A stretch of DNA of 64,000 nt from Synechococcus sp. UW140 (GTDB lineage: Bacteria; Cyanobacteriota; Cyanobacteriia; PCC-6307; Cyanobiaceae), in contig CAMCQR010000002.1 of NCBI GenBank assembly GCA_945877115.1, positions 148 through 64,147 on the forward strand, written 5' to 3'. The translations under genes and the position numbers were made by a program. The notes under the pieces were generated by a model. That model did no database searches, was not told the DNA's origin, and saw nothing but the letters and a program-made list of their open reading frames with translations. Below, piece by piece: positions 45,842-54,651 of the stretch (positions are counted from its first letter, which is position 1; each line of letters begins with the position of its first letter).

Positions 45842-47979
45842 GAGGGTTGGCGGCTCAGAAAACGCAGAAACGCTGCGCTGACATGTTTGACGCCCTCATT
45901 GGTGAGGTGGTTGCTGTCACTGAAAAGCATCCGTTCGCCGGCATGGGTTGAACAGTCGTTCTGGCTGGGGGGGCAAAGGCTGTCGAAAGGGTCGAAGACG
46001 CTGAGGTTGGGGATTGACTGATCCAGTTGGTTCAACAAGCGGCGCACGGGTGCCTGTCGGTCTTTTTCCTTGGATCGGTTGATCTGGACCGGTTGGCATT
46101 CTGGGCTGAGACTCCAATGGGGTCGGAACCATTCTTGTTGGCAGACCGTCATGGGGAGGCGCACTTCTTCTCGGCTACCGAACGAGGGCATTGGTGCAAA
46201 CAAGATGACGCGAATGCCCCGGGCTGCCATGTCACGGGTCAGTTGATCCATTGCTTTGGCAAAGGCCTGCCGTGCATCATTTTGGCGTTTCCCCATAAGA
46301 TTGCTCATGAGGTTGTTAACGATCACAATGCGGTCGCCAGCTTTAGCCTGACTCTGGAGATATTTCCATTCTTGGGTGCTGCTTTCAGGGCACAGTTTGT
46401 AACGGGCTGCCAAATGTTGATCGGAGCCTTTGGGGGAAAAATCGGGGAAGGGACACCCCCCTCGTGCGGCAAATGAAACATTGAAGTTGGTCTTCTCAAG
46501 AATATCTTCTCCCATGGGTATAATGGTATTGGTATGGCTATCGCCGATAAAATAAAGGGTCGGCTTTCCCGGATGACGGATGACGCGACATTGATCCCGT
46601 TGACGATCCGTGCGGGCCCCGGCTGTCGGTTCCTGAAAACAATGGACCGTATTGATAGGAGTTCCGGTGATTTCTTTCATGTTGCTGGTGCCGTTCAGGG
46701 GTAGATCCCGCCGTCCCGTGAAGAGCAGCGTCTTGAAAGGACCCTGGAGGCAAGCCAGCAGCCCAGCGCTGGCGAGGGTGAACAAGGGATAGACAATGAG
46801 GGGTGAGGGCCCTGGAGATTGGCTCTGTACGGATCCTTCGACTGGATCCGCTGGGCGACGGATCTGGCCCATGGCTTTTCGGGGCGAGCGGAACTGGGTC
46901 TCCAGCCAATAGGAGAACAGGGTCAGCAGGGTCGTCAAGCCCAGGATGGGCACCAAGGTCAGCATGGATACGCCCAGGGTCCAGCGGGCCAGCACGATCA
47001 CCGGCCAGTGCCAGAGGTAGAGGGAATAGGAACGCAAGCCGATCGCCAGGCTCAAGGGATGGCGAAGCAAACGACCGAGGCCCAGATCGGGGTTGAGGAC
47101 CAACAGCAGCAGACTGGTGAGGACTGTGGTTGCTATCGAACCGGCGGGCCCAATCGGCAGGGGTGCAATCAGCACGGCAAGCAGTCCTGCGAAAAGCAGT
47201 AAGCTGGTTGGGACGATCAGCAGTGCATTGACGGGTTTTCGCTTCAAGCTGTGGCGAAAGTAGAGATAGACAAGACAGCCGGCCGCCAACTCCCAAAATC
47301 GTGCGGCAGTGAGGAAGAAAGCCCGATCTGTCTGACCCTGAAGACTTAGAATTAAATAGAGAAATAGTGAGCCTACAAGCACGATTGAACTGAGCCAGGT
47401 CAGGCGTCTGAGGGCGTGGGGTGTGGCGGGCTTGAGCCCTAGTCCACTAATGAGAATAATCAGGGGCCAGACTAAATAATATTGTTCTTCAATGCCCAGG
47501 GACCAGGTATGTAAATAGGGATTGAAGTGGGTGTCACTGCTGAAGTAATTAGTGCCCTGCTTCATTAGGTATAAATTGCTCAGGCCGAATAGTGCTGTGA
47601 TTCCTGTACGTAAACTCGCTATCCTGGTGTCATCCATAGGGGAAACCAACAGGCCCAGCGCCAGGGCTACCCCGAGCACCATGGCGATCAGAGCAGGCAA
47701 TAGTCGTCGGAAGCGACGTTCGTAAAACTGGCGGAGGAAACGGCCCCAGGAACCGTCCTCACGGGCCACGAGTGATGAGGTCACCACATAGCCAGATATC
47801 ACGAAAAAGATATCAACCCCGAGATAGCCACCTTTCAGCCACTCGCCATTGAGATGATTAATCAGAACCGCCAGAACTGCCAATGCCCGCAAACCATCTA
47901 TTTCGGGTCGATACCGATGGATCGTCTGAGGTAATTTGATCTTTGGCTCAATCAAGACTGGCGACGAGCCTGAGGCCAT
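45838..47979 (-). CDS. OafA-like acyltransferase-3 with C-terminal SGNH domain (surface-glycan O-acetyltransferase)
   Basis: YRPEIDGLRALAV, GGYLGVDIFFVISGY, RRFRRLLP, HTWSLGIEEQYY, SYSLYLWHWP, then IGDSH...DSNH (SGNH). Confidence 0.9.
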   Translation of the reverse strand: MASGSSPVLIEPKIKLPQTIHRYRPEIDGLRALAVLAVLINHLNGEWLKGGYLGVDIFFVISGYVVTSSLVAREDGSWGRFLRQFYERRFRRLLPALIAMVLGVALALGLLVSPMDDTRIASLRTGITALFGLSNLYLMKQGTNYFSSDTHFNPYLHTWSLGIEEQYYLVWPLIILISGLGLKPATPHALRRLTWLSSIVLVGSLFLYLILSLQGQTDRAFFLTAARFWELAAGCLVYLYFRHSLKRKPVNALLIVPTSLLLFAGLLAVLIAPLPIGPAGSIATTVLTSLLLLVLNPDLGLGRLLRHPLSLAIGLRSYSLYLWHWPVIVLARWTLGVSMLTLVPILGLTTLLTLFSYWLETQFRSPRKAMGQIRRPADPVEGSVQSQSPGPSPLIVYPLFTLASAGLLACLQGPFKTLLFTGRRDLPLNGTSNMKEITGTPINTVHCFQEPTAGARTDRQRDQCRVIRHPGKPTLYFIGDSHTNTIIPMGEDILEKTNFNVSFAARGGCPFPDFSPKGSDQHLAARYKLCPESSTQEWKYLQSQAKAGDRIVIVNNLMSNLMGKRQNDARQAFAKAMDQLTRDMAARGIRVILFAPMPSFGSREEVRLPMTVCQQEWFRPHWSLSPECQPVQINRSKEKDRQAPVRRLLNQLDQSIPNLSVFDPFDSLCPPSQNDCSTHAGERMLFSDSNHLTNEGVKHVSAAFLRFLSRQPS

Positions 47980-47992
47980 TGGATCACCCTAT

Positions 47993-48019
47993 GTTGAGAC
48001 TGATGTTATCAGCCTCAAC
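47993..48019. promoter_or_regulatory. 27-bp imperfect palindrome in the divergent oafA/GH116 gap
   Basis: GTTGAG-A-CTGAT-GTT-ATCAG-C-CTCAAC (11 of 12 arm positions pair). Confidence 0.45.
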
Positions 48020-48123
48020 TCCATTGGCTGGAATTTAGACGTCACTTGGCGTTGTTGCGGCGTTCGTTCTCCTCGTCAGGCGGCGCCAAGTCTGACAAGC
48101 TGGCGCCTATAAGCTTCGTTTCA

Positions 48124-50649
48124 ATGGCGCCGTTCGGTCTTCCCCGCCTCCGCACCCCGCGATCGGGAGATCAACCGTTCTGGCAGCCGCCCTCCGCCAG
48201 TTGGCAAAGGCCCCTGGGTCAGGGTTGGGATCGGCCCTACACGGTGCGCTACACCAGCAACCTGGATGACGGTCCCAACCACGGCATGCCCCTGGGGGGC
48301 TTCGGGGCCGGATGCATCGCCCGGGCCCCTGATGGCGTCTTCAATCTTTGGCATCTCGATGGTGGCGAACACTGGTTCGGAATGTTGCCGGATTGCCAGT
48401 TCGCCCTGTTTGAGGACGATGGCCAGCGGCGCCTCGCCCATGCCCTGGCGAAGGCACCGCATCGGGATGACTCGCGGCCCGAGGCCACCGAGGTTCCCCT
48501 GGGCGCCTGGATCTGGTATCCGATGGGTGATGTCCAGGGCCCTGGCACGGGATCGACGGGCACCTACGCGGCCCGTTATCCGGTCAGCCACACGCATTAC
48601 AACCATGTCTTTGCGGTAGAAGCCGTCTGTGAGGCATTTAGCCCCATCCTGCCCGGGGACTATCAGCGCACCAGCTATCCGGTGGCGATGTTTCGTTGGC
48701 GCTTTGTTAATCCGACCCCAGGCCCGCTGAAACTGTCGTTGCTGCTGAGCTGGCGCAATACCTGTGGCTGGTTCACCAATACCGACCCCTCCGCTTCCGT
48801 CCATTTCCGTGACGACGGCAGTCCGGAGCACAACTATGTGCCTTCCATCGGCGCCAGTCGTGGCCAACGCAACCGCTGGGGGCATGGCCCTGGCTGGAAG
48901 GGGCTTGTTCTCGAAGGCGAGCGTAGCGATCCCCTGGCGGAGGGCCAGGGCCAGTGGTGTTTGGCCGTGGCCGATGGCCTGGCCACGGCCGTTGGTCCCG
49001 TTGAGGTGATGCGCTGCAGCCGCTGGAATCCGGCCGGTGATGGCGGCGAACTCTGGGAACCCTTCGCCCGGGAGGGCGCGATCCCCGATCGCGACGATCA
49101 GACTCCAGCAGGGGAGGACGATCCGCTGAGTGCCGCCCTGGCCATCCGCTTCTGCCTGCAACCGGGGGAGAGCCTGGAGATTCCAGTGGCGATCAGCTGG
49201 GACTTGCCTGTCACCAGTTTTGCCAGTGGTGATCGGCGACTGCGCCGCTACACGGATGTCTTTGGGGTTGGCGGTGATAACGCCGGGGCCATCGCGGCCG
49301 AAGCCCTGCGGGATCACCAGATGTGGTCCGCCGCGATCGAGCGCTGGCAGGCCCCCGTCCTGGAGCGCACGGACCTTCCCGAAGACCTGCGCATGGCCCT
49401 GCTCAACGAGCTCTACGACCTGGCCAGTGGCGGCAGCCTCTGGACCGCCGCCACGGCCGACGCGCCGGTCGGCCACTTTGGCGTGCTCGAGTGCCTCGAC
49501 TACGCCTGGTACGAAAGTCTGGATGTGCGCCTCTACGGCTCCTTGGCGCTGCTGCAGCTCTGGCCCGAATTGGATAAGGCGGTGCTGTTGGATTTCGCTA
49601 GGGCGATCCCCGCCGCCGATGCCACCCTGCGGCCGATTGGCTGGTACTTCACCCAGGGCAAAGGTCGGGTGGAGGCGCCTCGCAAGCTGGCGGGCGCCAC
49701 CCCCCATGATCTCGGCGCCCCGAACGAGCGGCCCTTTCAGGCCACCAATTACACCGCCTACCAGGATTGCAATCTCTGGAAAGATCTGGCCAGCGATTTT
49801 GTGCTGCAGGTCTGGCGCACTTTCCGCTTTTCACCCAGCGGTGAAGATCTCCAGTTCCTGGCGGATTGTTGGCCGGCCTCCATCCAGGCGCTGCGTTATC
49901 TCAAGCAGTTTGATGTCAACGACGATGGTCTGCCCGATAACGGCGGTGCCCCCGACCAGACCTTTGACGACTGGCCCCTGCAGGGGGTCAGTGCCTATTG
50001 CGGCGCCCTCTGGATCGCCGCCTTGGAGGCGGTCTTGGCCATGGCCCAGCGCTTGCAGTTGGATGTGGGGCTCGACACCGGTGAAGAACAGCGGCAATTC
50101 GGGAGTTGGCTGGAGCAATCCAGGGCCAATTTTGATCGCTTGCTCTGGAATGGCGAGTATTACAACATTGATGCCAGTAGCGGCACACCGGTGGTGATGG
50201 CCGACCAATTGTGTGGCGATTTTTATGCCCGCTTGTTGGGCCTGCCGCCCGTGGTGAGAGAGGAGCGGGCCCGTTCCTCTCTCAAGGCGATTAGGGAGGC
50301 CTGCTTCGAGCGCTTCCATGGCGGCAGACTCGGCGTGGCCAATGGTCTGCGGCGCGATGGTACCCCGCTGGATCCCCATGGCACCCATCCCCTGGAGGTT
50401 TGGACGGGCATCAATTTCGGGCTGGCGGCGTACTACCGACTCATGGGGGAGACCCCCACGGCTCTGGCCATCTGTAGTGCGGTGGTGGCTCAGGTCTATG
50501 GGGGCGGACTCCAGTTCCGAACCCCCGAGGCCATCACCGCCGTCCACACTTACCGGGCCTGTCATTACCTCAGGGCCATGGCGATCTGGGCCCTTTGGGC
50601 CACCCATACCCAGTGGCAGCCCATCCCCGGTGCGGAGCGTCGACCTTGA
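48124..50649 (+). CDS. GH116 family glycoside hydrolase (GBA2-like)
   Basis: GMPLGGFGAG, SYPVAMF, LECLDYAWYESLDV, DQTFDDW, SAYCGALW and QFRTPEA motifs. Confidence 0.92.
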   Translation: MAPFGLPRLRTPRSGDQPFWQPPSASWQRPLGQGWDRPYTVRYTSNLDDGPNHGMPLGGFGAGCIARAPDGVFNLWHLDGGEHWFGMLPDCQFALFEDDGQRRLAHALAKAPHRDDSRPEATEVPLGAWIWYPMGDVQGPGTGSTGTYAARYPVSHTHYNHVFAVEAVCEAFSPILPGDYQRTSYPVAMFRWRFVNPTPGPLKLSLLLSWRNTCGWFTNTDPSASVHFRDDGSPEHNYVPSIGASRGQRNRWGHGPGWKGLVLEGERSDPLAEGQGQWCLAVADGLATAVGPVEVMRCSRWNPAGDGGELWEPFAREGAIPDRDDQTPAGEDDPLSAALAIRFCLQPGESLEIPVAISWDLPVTSFASGDRRLRRYTDVFGVGGDNAGAIAAEALRDHQMWSAAIERWQAPVLERTDLPEDLRMALLNELYDLASGGSLWTAATADAPVGHFGVLECLDYAWYESLDVRLYGSLALLQLWPELDKAVLLDFARAIPAADATLRPIGWYFTQGKGRVEAPRKLAGATPHDLGAPNERPFQATNYTAYQDCNLWKDLASDFVLQVWRTFRFSPSGEDLQFLADCWPASIQALRYLKQFDVNDDGLPDNGGAPDQTFDDWPLQGVSAYCGALWIAALEAVLAMAQRLQLDVGLDTGEEQRQFGSWLEQSRANFDRLLWNGEYYNIDASSGTPVVMADQLCGDFYARLLGLPPVVREERARSSLKAIREACFERFHGGRLGVANGLRRDGTPLDPHGTHPLEVWTGINFGLAAYYRLMGETPTALAICSAVVAQVYGGGLQFRTPEAITAVHTYRACHYLRAMAIWALWATHTQWQPIPGAERRP

Positions 50650-51182
50650 TGATCTCTCCAGTCCGTCTGCCCCGTTGGCTGCTGACGCCCCTGGCGTTGG
50701 CCCTGGCCCTAGTGCTCTTATTGGTTGGGCCCGATATCGGATGTGCCCAGATCCAGGTCCACGACGATCGGGTCCCAGGGACGGCCATGGTGCGCAGTCT
50801 TGAGAGCCTGCGGGATCTTGACTACCAGAGCTGGCAGGTGGTGGCCTATCGGCAGGAAACCGCCGCCGGCACGCCTTCCCTGCGGCTGCGGCTCGTGGGG
50901 TTTCCCGGCAAGGTACGACTCGATCACCCCACCAGCCTCCAGGTGCGCAGTGGCCGGCGCCAGTGGCAGTTGGTCGATGTCACCCTCAGCCAGCCCCAGT
51001 TGGCCGCGGACAGCCGGTCTGCGGCGGCCGAGTTCGACCTGGCGCCGTTGTTGGCTGACCTGGATCAGGACCGCCCCCTGCGTCTCTCTTTGCCGGGTGT
51101 CTTTCTGGAGTTGCCGGTGCCGCCTTTTGTGGTGGCGGAATGGCGCCGCTTGCCGGATTGGGGGCCAGGGGACCAGCCATGA
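50649..51182 (+). CDS. DUF3122-like protein
   Basis: Signal/TM segment, then RSLESLRDLDYQSWQVVAY and LRLVGFPG. TGATG coupling to GH116. Confidence 0.75.
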   Translation: MISPVRLPRWLLTPLALALALVLLLVGPDIGCAQIQVHDDRVPGTAMVRSLESLRDLDYQSWQVVAYRQETAAGTPSLRLRLVGFPGKVRLDHPTSLQVRSGRRQWQLVDVTLSQPQLAADSRSAAAEFDLAPLLADLDQDRPLRLSLPGVFLELPVPPFVVAEWRRLPDWGPGDQP

Positions 51183-52273
51183 ACTGGCGGCCCCAGATGG
51201 AGCGGGCGCTTGCCCTGGCCGCCCTCGGGGCCGGAACGACCAGCCCCAATCCGATGGTGGGGGCCCTGGTGCTCGATCAAGACGGCCAATTGGTGGGGGA
51301 GGGTTATCACTGCCGCGCTGGTGAACCCCATGCCGAGGTGATGGCCCTGGCCCAGGCCGCCGGTCGGGCCCGGGGCGGCACCCTGGTGGTGACCCTTGAG
51401 CCCTGCTGTCATCAGGGCCGCACGCCCCCCTGTTGCGATGCGGTCCTGGCGGCGGGAGTGGCCCGGGTGGTGGTGGCCATGGCGGATCCGGATCCCCGGG
51501 TGGCTGGTGGGGGAATAGCCCGTCTGCGGGCCGCCGGCCTGGAAGTGGTGGTGGGGGTGGCGGAGCTGGAGGCGGCCCGTCTCAACCAGGCTTTCGTGCA
51601 TCGGGTGCGTAGCGGTCGCCCCTGGGGCCTGCTCAAGTGGGCCATGAGCCTCGACGGCCGTACGGCCTTGCCTAACGACGAAAGCCAGTGGATCAGCGGC
51701 CCCTTGGCCCGTCAGTGGGTGCATCGGCTCAGGGGTCGTTGCGATGCGGTGATCGTGGGCGGCGGCACCCTGCGGGCCGATGATCCGCTGCTGACCAGCC
51801 GAGGCGCCCGCACTCCCGAACCCCTGAGGGTGGTGCTCAGCTGCAGTTTGGATCTGCCGGTGGCCGCGCAGATCTTCCAGAGCGAAGGCGTCGCAGCCAC
51901 CCTGGTGGCCCATGGTCCCGAAGCCTCCAGGGCGGCCCAGGAACGGCTGGACCGTCTCGGCATTGAACGGCTCCAGTTGCCCCAATGCACCCCTTTGGGG
52001 CTGCTGGAGGGTCTTGCAGGTCGGGGGTGTAACCAGGTGCTTTGGGAGTGCGGTCCCACCTTGGCGGCGGCCGCCGTTCGCCAGGGCTGTGTGCAGCAGG
52101 TGGCAGCGGTGATTGCCCCCACCTTGCTGGGTGGGGAGCCGGCTCGCACCCCGCTGGGTCGCCTTGATTTGACGCGGATCAGCGAGGCGCCCCGGCTCAT
52201 CTCCCAGGGCTGGCACCCCCTGGGCCCCGATCTGCTGTGGTTGCATGCACTAGGCCCCGCCAGCGATCCATAA
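51179..52273 (+). CDS. ribD: Riboflavin biosynthesis deaminase/reductase RibD
   Basis: TSPNPMVG, HAE, TLEPCCHQGRTPPC, KWAMSLDG and SQWISG motifs. Confidence 0.96.
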   Translation: MNWRPQMERALALAALGAGTTSPNPMVGALVLDQDGQLVGEGYHCRAGEPHAEVMALAQAAGRARGGTLVVTLEPCCHQGRTPPCCDAVLAAGVARVVVAMADPDPRVAGGGIARLRAAGLEVVVGVAELEAARLNQAFVHRVRSGRPWGLLKWAMSLDGRTALPNDESQWISGPLARQWVHRLRGRCDAVIVGGGTLRADDPLLTSRGARTPEPLRVVLSCSLDLPVAAQIFQSEGVAATLVAHGPEASRAAQERLDRLGIERLQLPQCTPLGLLEGLAGRGCNQVLWECGPTLAAAAVRQGCVQQVAAVIAPTLLGGEPARTPLGRLDLTRISEAPRLISQGWHPLGPDLLWLHALGPASDP

Positions 52274-52304
52274 AAAAGCAGACCTTTGCAGGCCTGCCGT
52301 TTTT
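52272..52304. terminator. Probable bidirectional intrinsic terminator between convergent ribD and BI-1 genes
   Basis: AAAAAA-GCAGACC-TTTGCA-GGCCTGC-CG-TTTTT: GC stem with one mismatch, flanked by an A-run and a T-run. Confidence 0.55.
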
Positions 52305-52334
52305 GGATTGGTTCTGACCAGAGCCGAACCGACC

Positions 52335-53078
52335 TCAGTCGCGCCGGCCGCCACCACCGCCTTGGAGGGCCACGATGAAACGCAGCAGGAAGACAAACAG
52401 ATTGATGTAGGTGAGGTACATCCCCAGGGCACCAGAGAGGTACTGGTCATCCCGGTAGGTGCGAGGCATGGTGTAGAAGTCCAAGAAAGCGGCCCCTACG
52501 AACAAAATCGTTCCAAAACCAGCAATCAAGAGTTCAAAACCACCGGTACTGAAGATTTGCGGGGCAAAGAAACTGCCCACAAATTGCACCAACATCGCCA
52601 CGATTAGGCCGAGAATACCAAGCCCAACCGCACCGCTTAAAGCCTGGCCGACGTTGTCAGTCATGCGGCGGCCCATAACCGAGGCCGCGACAAAGGTGAT
52701 GCCCGTGGCCAGGGCGGCGGTGCCAACGGCTCCGACTCCGGCGGCAACAACGGCATAGCTGACGATGCCGCTGAGGGTGAAACCGGTGATCAGGCTGTAG
52801 GCCGCCAGCAGGGGCAAGGCGGCGCCATTGTCACCCTTGGCGGCCACACTTTGGGCGACAAAGAAAAGAATCAGGTTGGCGATGACAGCCACAAAAAACA
52901 ATGGCGTGAACAGGGCCGCATTGGTCCCCATAAGGGACAGACCACCCAGGACGCCAACGGCGGTCAGCACCATGCCCCCGCCCACATAGGGGAGGGCTTT
53001 GTTGACCACATTGGGCCCAACGAGGGCGCTGGACTGGGCCTCTCGGATGGCTTGTTGGAAGTTGCTGCTGGCGGGCAT
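52335..53078 (-). CDS. Bax inhibitor-1 / YccA family membrane protein
   Basis: 7 TM segments; FLDFY and MYLTYINLFVFLLR motifs. Confidence 0.9.
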   Translation of the reverse strand: MPASSNFQQAIREAQSSALVGPNVVNKALPYVGGGMVLTAVGVLGGLSLMGTNAALFTPLFFVAVIANLILFFVAQSVAAKGDNGAALPLLAAYSLITGFTLSGIVSYAVVAAGVGAVGTAALATGITFVAASVMGRRMTDNVGQALSGAVGLGILGLIVAMLVQFVGSFFAPQIFSTGGFELLIAGFGTILFVGAAFLDFYTMPRTYRDDQYLSGALGMYLTYINLFVFLLRFIVALQGGGGGRRD

Positions 53079-53167
53079 TGCCGCAAGTTTTCGAAGTGGT
53101 TCCATCCTGGCAGCCGTGGTGGAACAACAGCCGTTGGGGCTGTGCGGATCTCCCTATCCGTGGGCGC

Positions 53168-54121
53168 CTAGCGGCCCTGCCGACCCCGGTCAACCTTGCG
53201 GGCGTAGGCCTGAACCAGGCGCTGCACCAGCGGGTGGCGGACCACGTCGGCATCACTGAAGCGACAGAGGGCCACCCCCTCGACACCCTCCAGCACCTCG
53301 GCGGCTTCGATCAGACCGCTGGGCTGTCCGGGAGGCAAATCGATCTGGGTGATGTCGCCCGTTACCACCATGCGCGAGTTCTCCCCGAGTCGGGTGAGGG
53401 TCATGCGCATTTGGGCGGGGGTGGTGTTCTGGGCCTCGTCCAGGATCACAAAGGAATCGGCCAGGGTGCGGCCACGCATGTAGGCGAGGGGGGCCACTTC
53501 GATGACTCCCTTTTCCTGGAGCGCGGCGGTCCTCTCGGCCCCCAGCAGGTTGTGAAGGGCGTCGTAAAGCGGTCTCAGGTATGGATCCACCTTCTGCTGC
53601 AGATCGCCGGGCAGAAAGCCAAGTCGTTCGCCCGCTTCCACGGCAGGGCGGGTCAGCACGATCCGTTCGACCCGCTGTTCCTGCAAAAAGCGGACCGCCT
53701 GAATCGTGGCCAGGAAGGTTTTGCCAGTTCCTGCCGGACCGATCGCCAGGGTGAGGTCATGGCGTTCGATCGCGTCGATGAAGGCCCGTTGACGGGGGGT
53801 CCTGGCCCTGAGCGGCCTGCCCTGGCGTGTAGTGGTAAGCACCTGGCGGGCCAGGTCCCCATGCTCTTCCTGGCGACCGGTATCAAAGGCCGTTAGGGCC
53901 GTTTGCAGATCTACGGCTGCAATCGGTTCGCCGGATTCCCAGAGGGGCTTGAGGCTGGAGAGCACCGCATGGGCCCGATTCACCTGGGAATCCCGGCCCT
54001 GGATCCTCAGATCCAGACCATAAAAAACCAGGCTGGTGCCGGTCAGGGCTTCCAGCCTGCGCAGATTGGTCTCCGCTGGACCGGCTAGAGCCAGGGCTGC
54101 CTCAGGGGAAGGCAGGCTCAA
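53168..54121 (-). CDS. phoH: PhoH family ATPase
   Basis: GPAGTGKTFLA, LTRPAVEAGERLGFLPGD, APLAYMRGRTL and LDEAQN motifs. Confidence 0.96.
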   Translation of the reverse strand: MSLPSPEAALALAGPAETNLRRLEALTGTSLVFYGLDLRIQGRDSQVNRAHAVLSSLKPLWESGEPIAAVDLQTALTAFDTGRQEEHGDLARQVLTTTRQGRPLRARTPRQRAFIDAIERHDLTLAIGPAGTGKTFLATIQAVRFLQEQRVERIVLTRPAVEAGERLGFLPGDLQQKVDPYLRPLYDALHNLLGAERTAALQEKGVIEVAPLAYMRGRTLADSFVILDEAQNTTPAQMRMTLTRLGENSRMVVTGDITQIDLPPGQPSGLIEAAEVLEGVEGVALCRFSDADVVRHPLVQRLVQAYARKVDRGRQGR

Positions 54122-54135
54122 GGTGGTGAGGCCGT

Positions 54136-54582
54136 TCAGGCTTCGACAGCCTCTTCGGCTTCTACGGTGTCCGCTGCGGCGGTGGCTTCGAGAGCTGCTG
54201 CTGCAACAGCGGCGGCGGCTTCTTCGGCAGCCTTGGCTTCCGCTGCGGCCTTCGCATCGGCTTCAGCCTTGACCGCAGCCGCGGCTTCGGCGGCTCGGGT
54301 TGCCGCTTGCTTGACTTTGCCGATGACTTCGGCGGGACGGATTCTCTTCTCGACGAGTCCACCTTTTTCGAGCAGGGCCCGTACGGAATCGGTCGGTTGC
54401 GCGCCCTGGCTGAGGCGCAGACGGATCGATTCAGTGTCGAGACGGGTTTCCTTGGTGCGGGGGTTGTAAAAGCCCAGCTCCTCCAAGGGTCTGCCGTCAC
54501 GACGGGAGGTGCTGTTGGTTGCCACCAGGCGGAAGCTCGCTTCCCGCTTTTTCCCGAATCGCTTCAGCCGGAGCTTGATCAT
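54136..54582 (-). CDS. rpsP: 30S ribosomal protein S16 with Ala/Glu-rich C-terminal extension
   Basis: [42 protein letters not shown]-terminus. Confidence 0.97.
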   Translation of the reverse strand: MIKLRLKRFGKKREASFRLVATNSTSRRDGRPLEELGFYNPRTKETRLDTESIRLRLSQGAQPTDSVRALLEKGGLVEKRIRPAEVIGKVKQAATRAAEAAAAVKAEADAKAAAEAKAAEEAAAAVAAAALEATAAADTVEAEEAVEA

Positions 54583-54651
54583 TGGGCTTACCCAAGTTAT
54601 GCAAAGGTCAAATCTACCTTGCGACCCGCGGGTGGTTCGGAGCCCTCCTCC

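Noticed and set aside
48121-49707. 528-aa - strand ORF, and similar ORFs at 17252-18277, 51065-52246 and 33201-34154
   Set aside because: These are antisense shadows of well-supported genes (GH116, carbamoyltransferase, ribD, era/cpcS).
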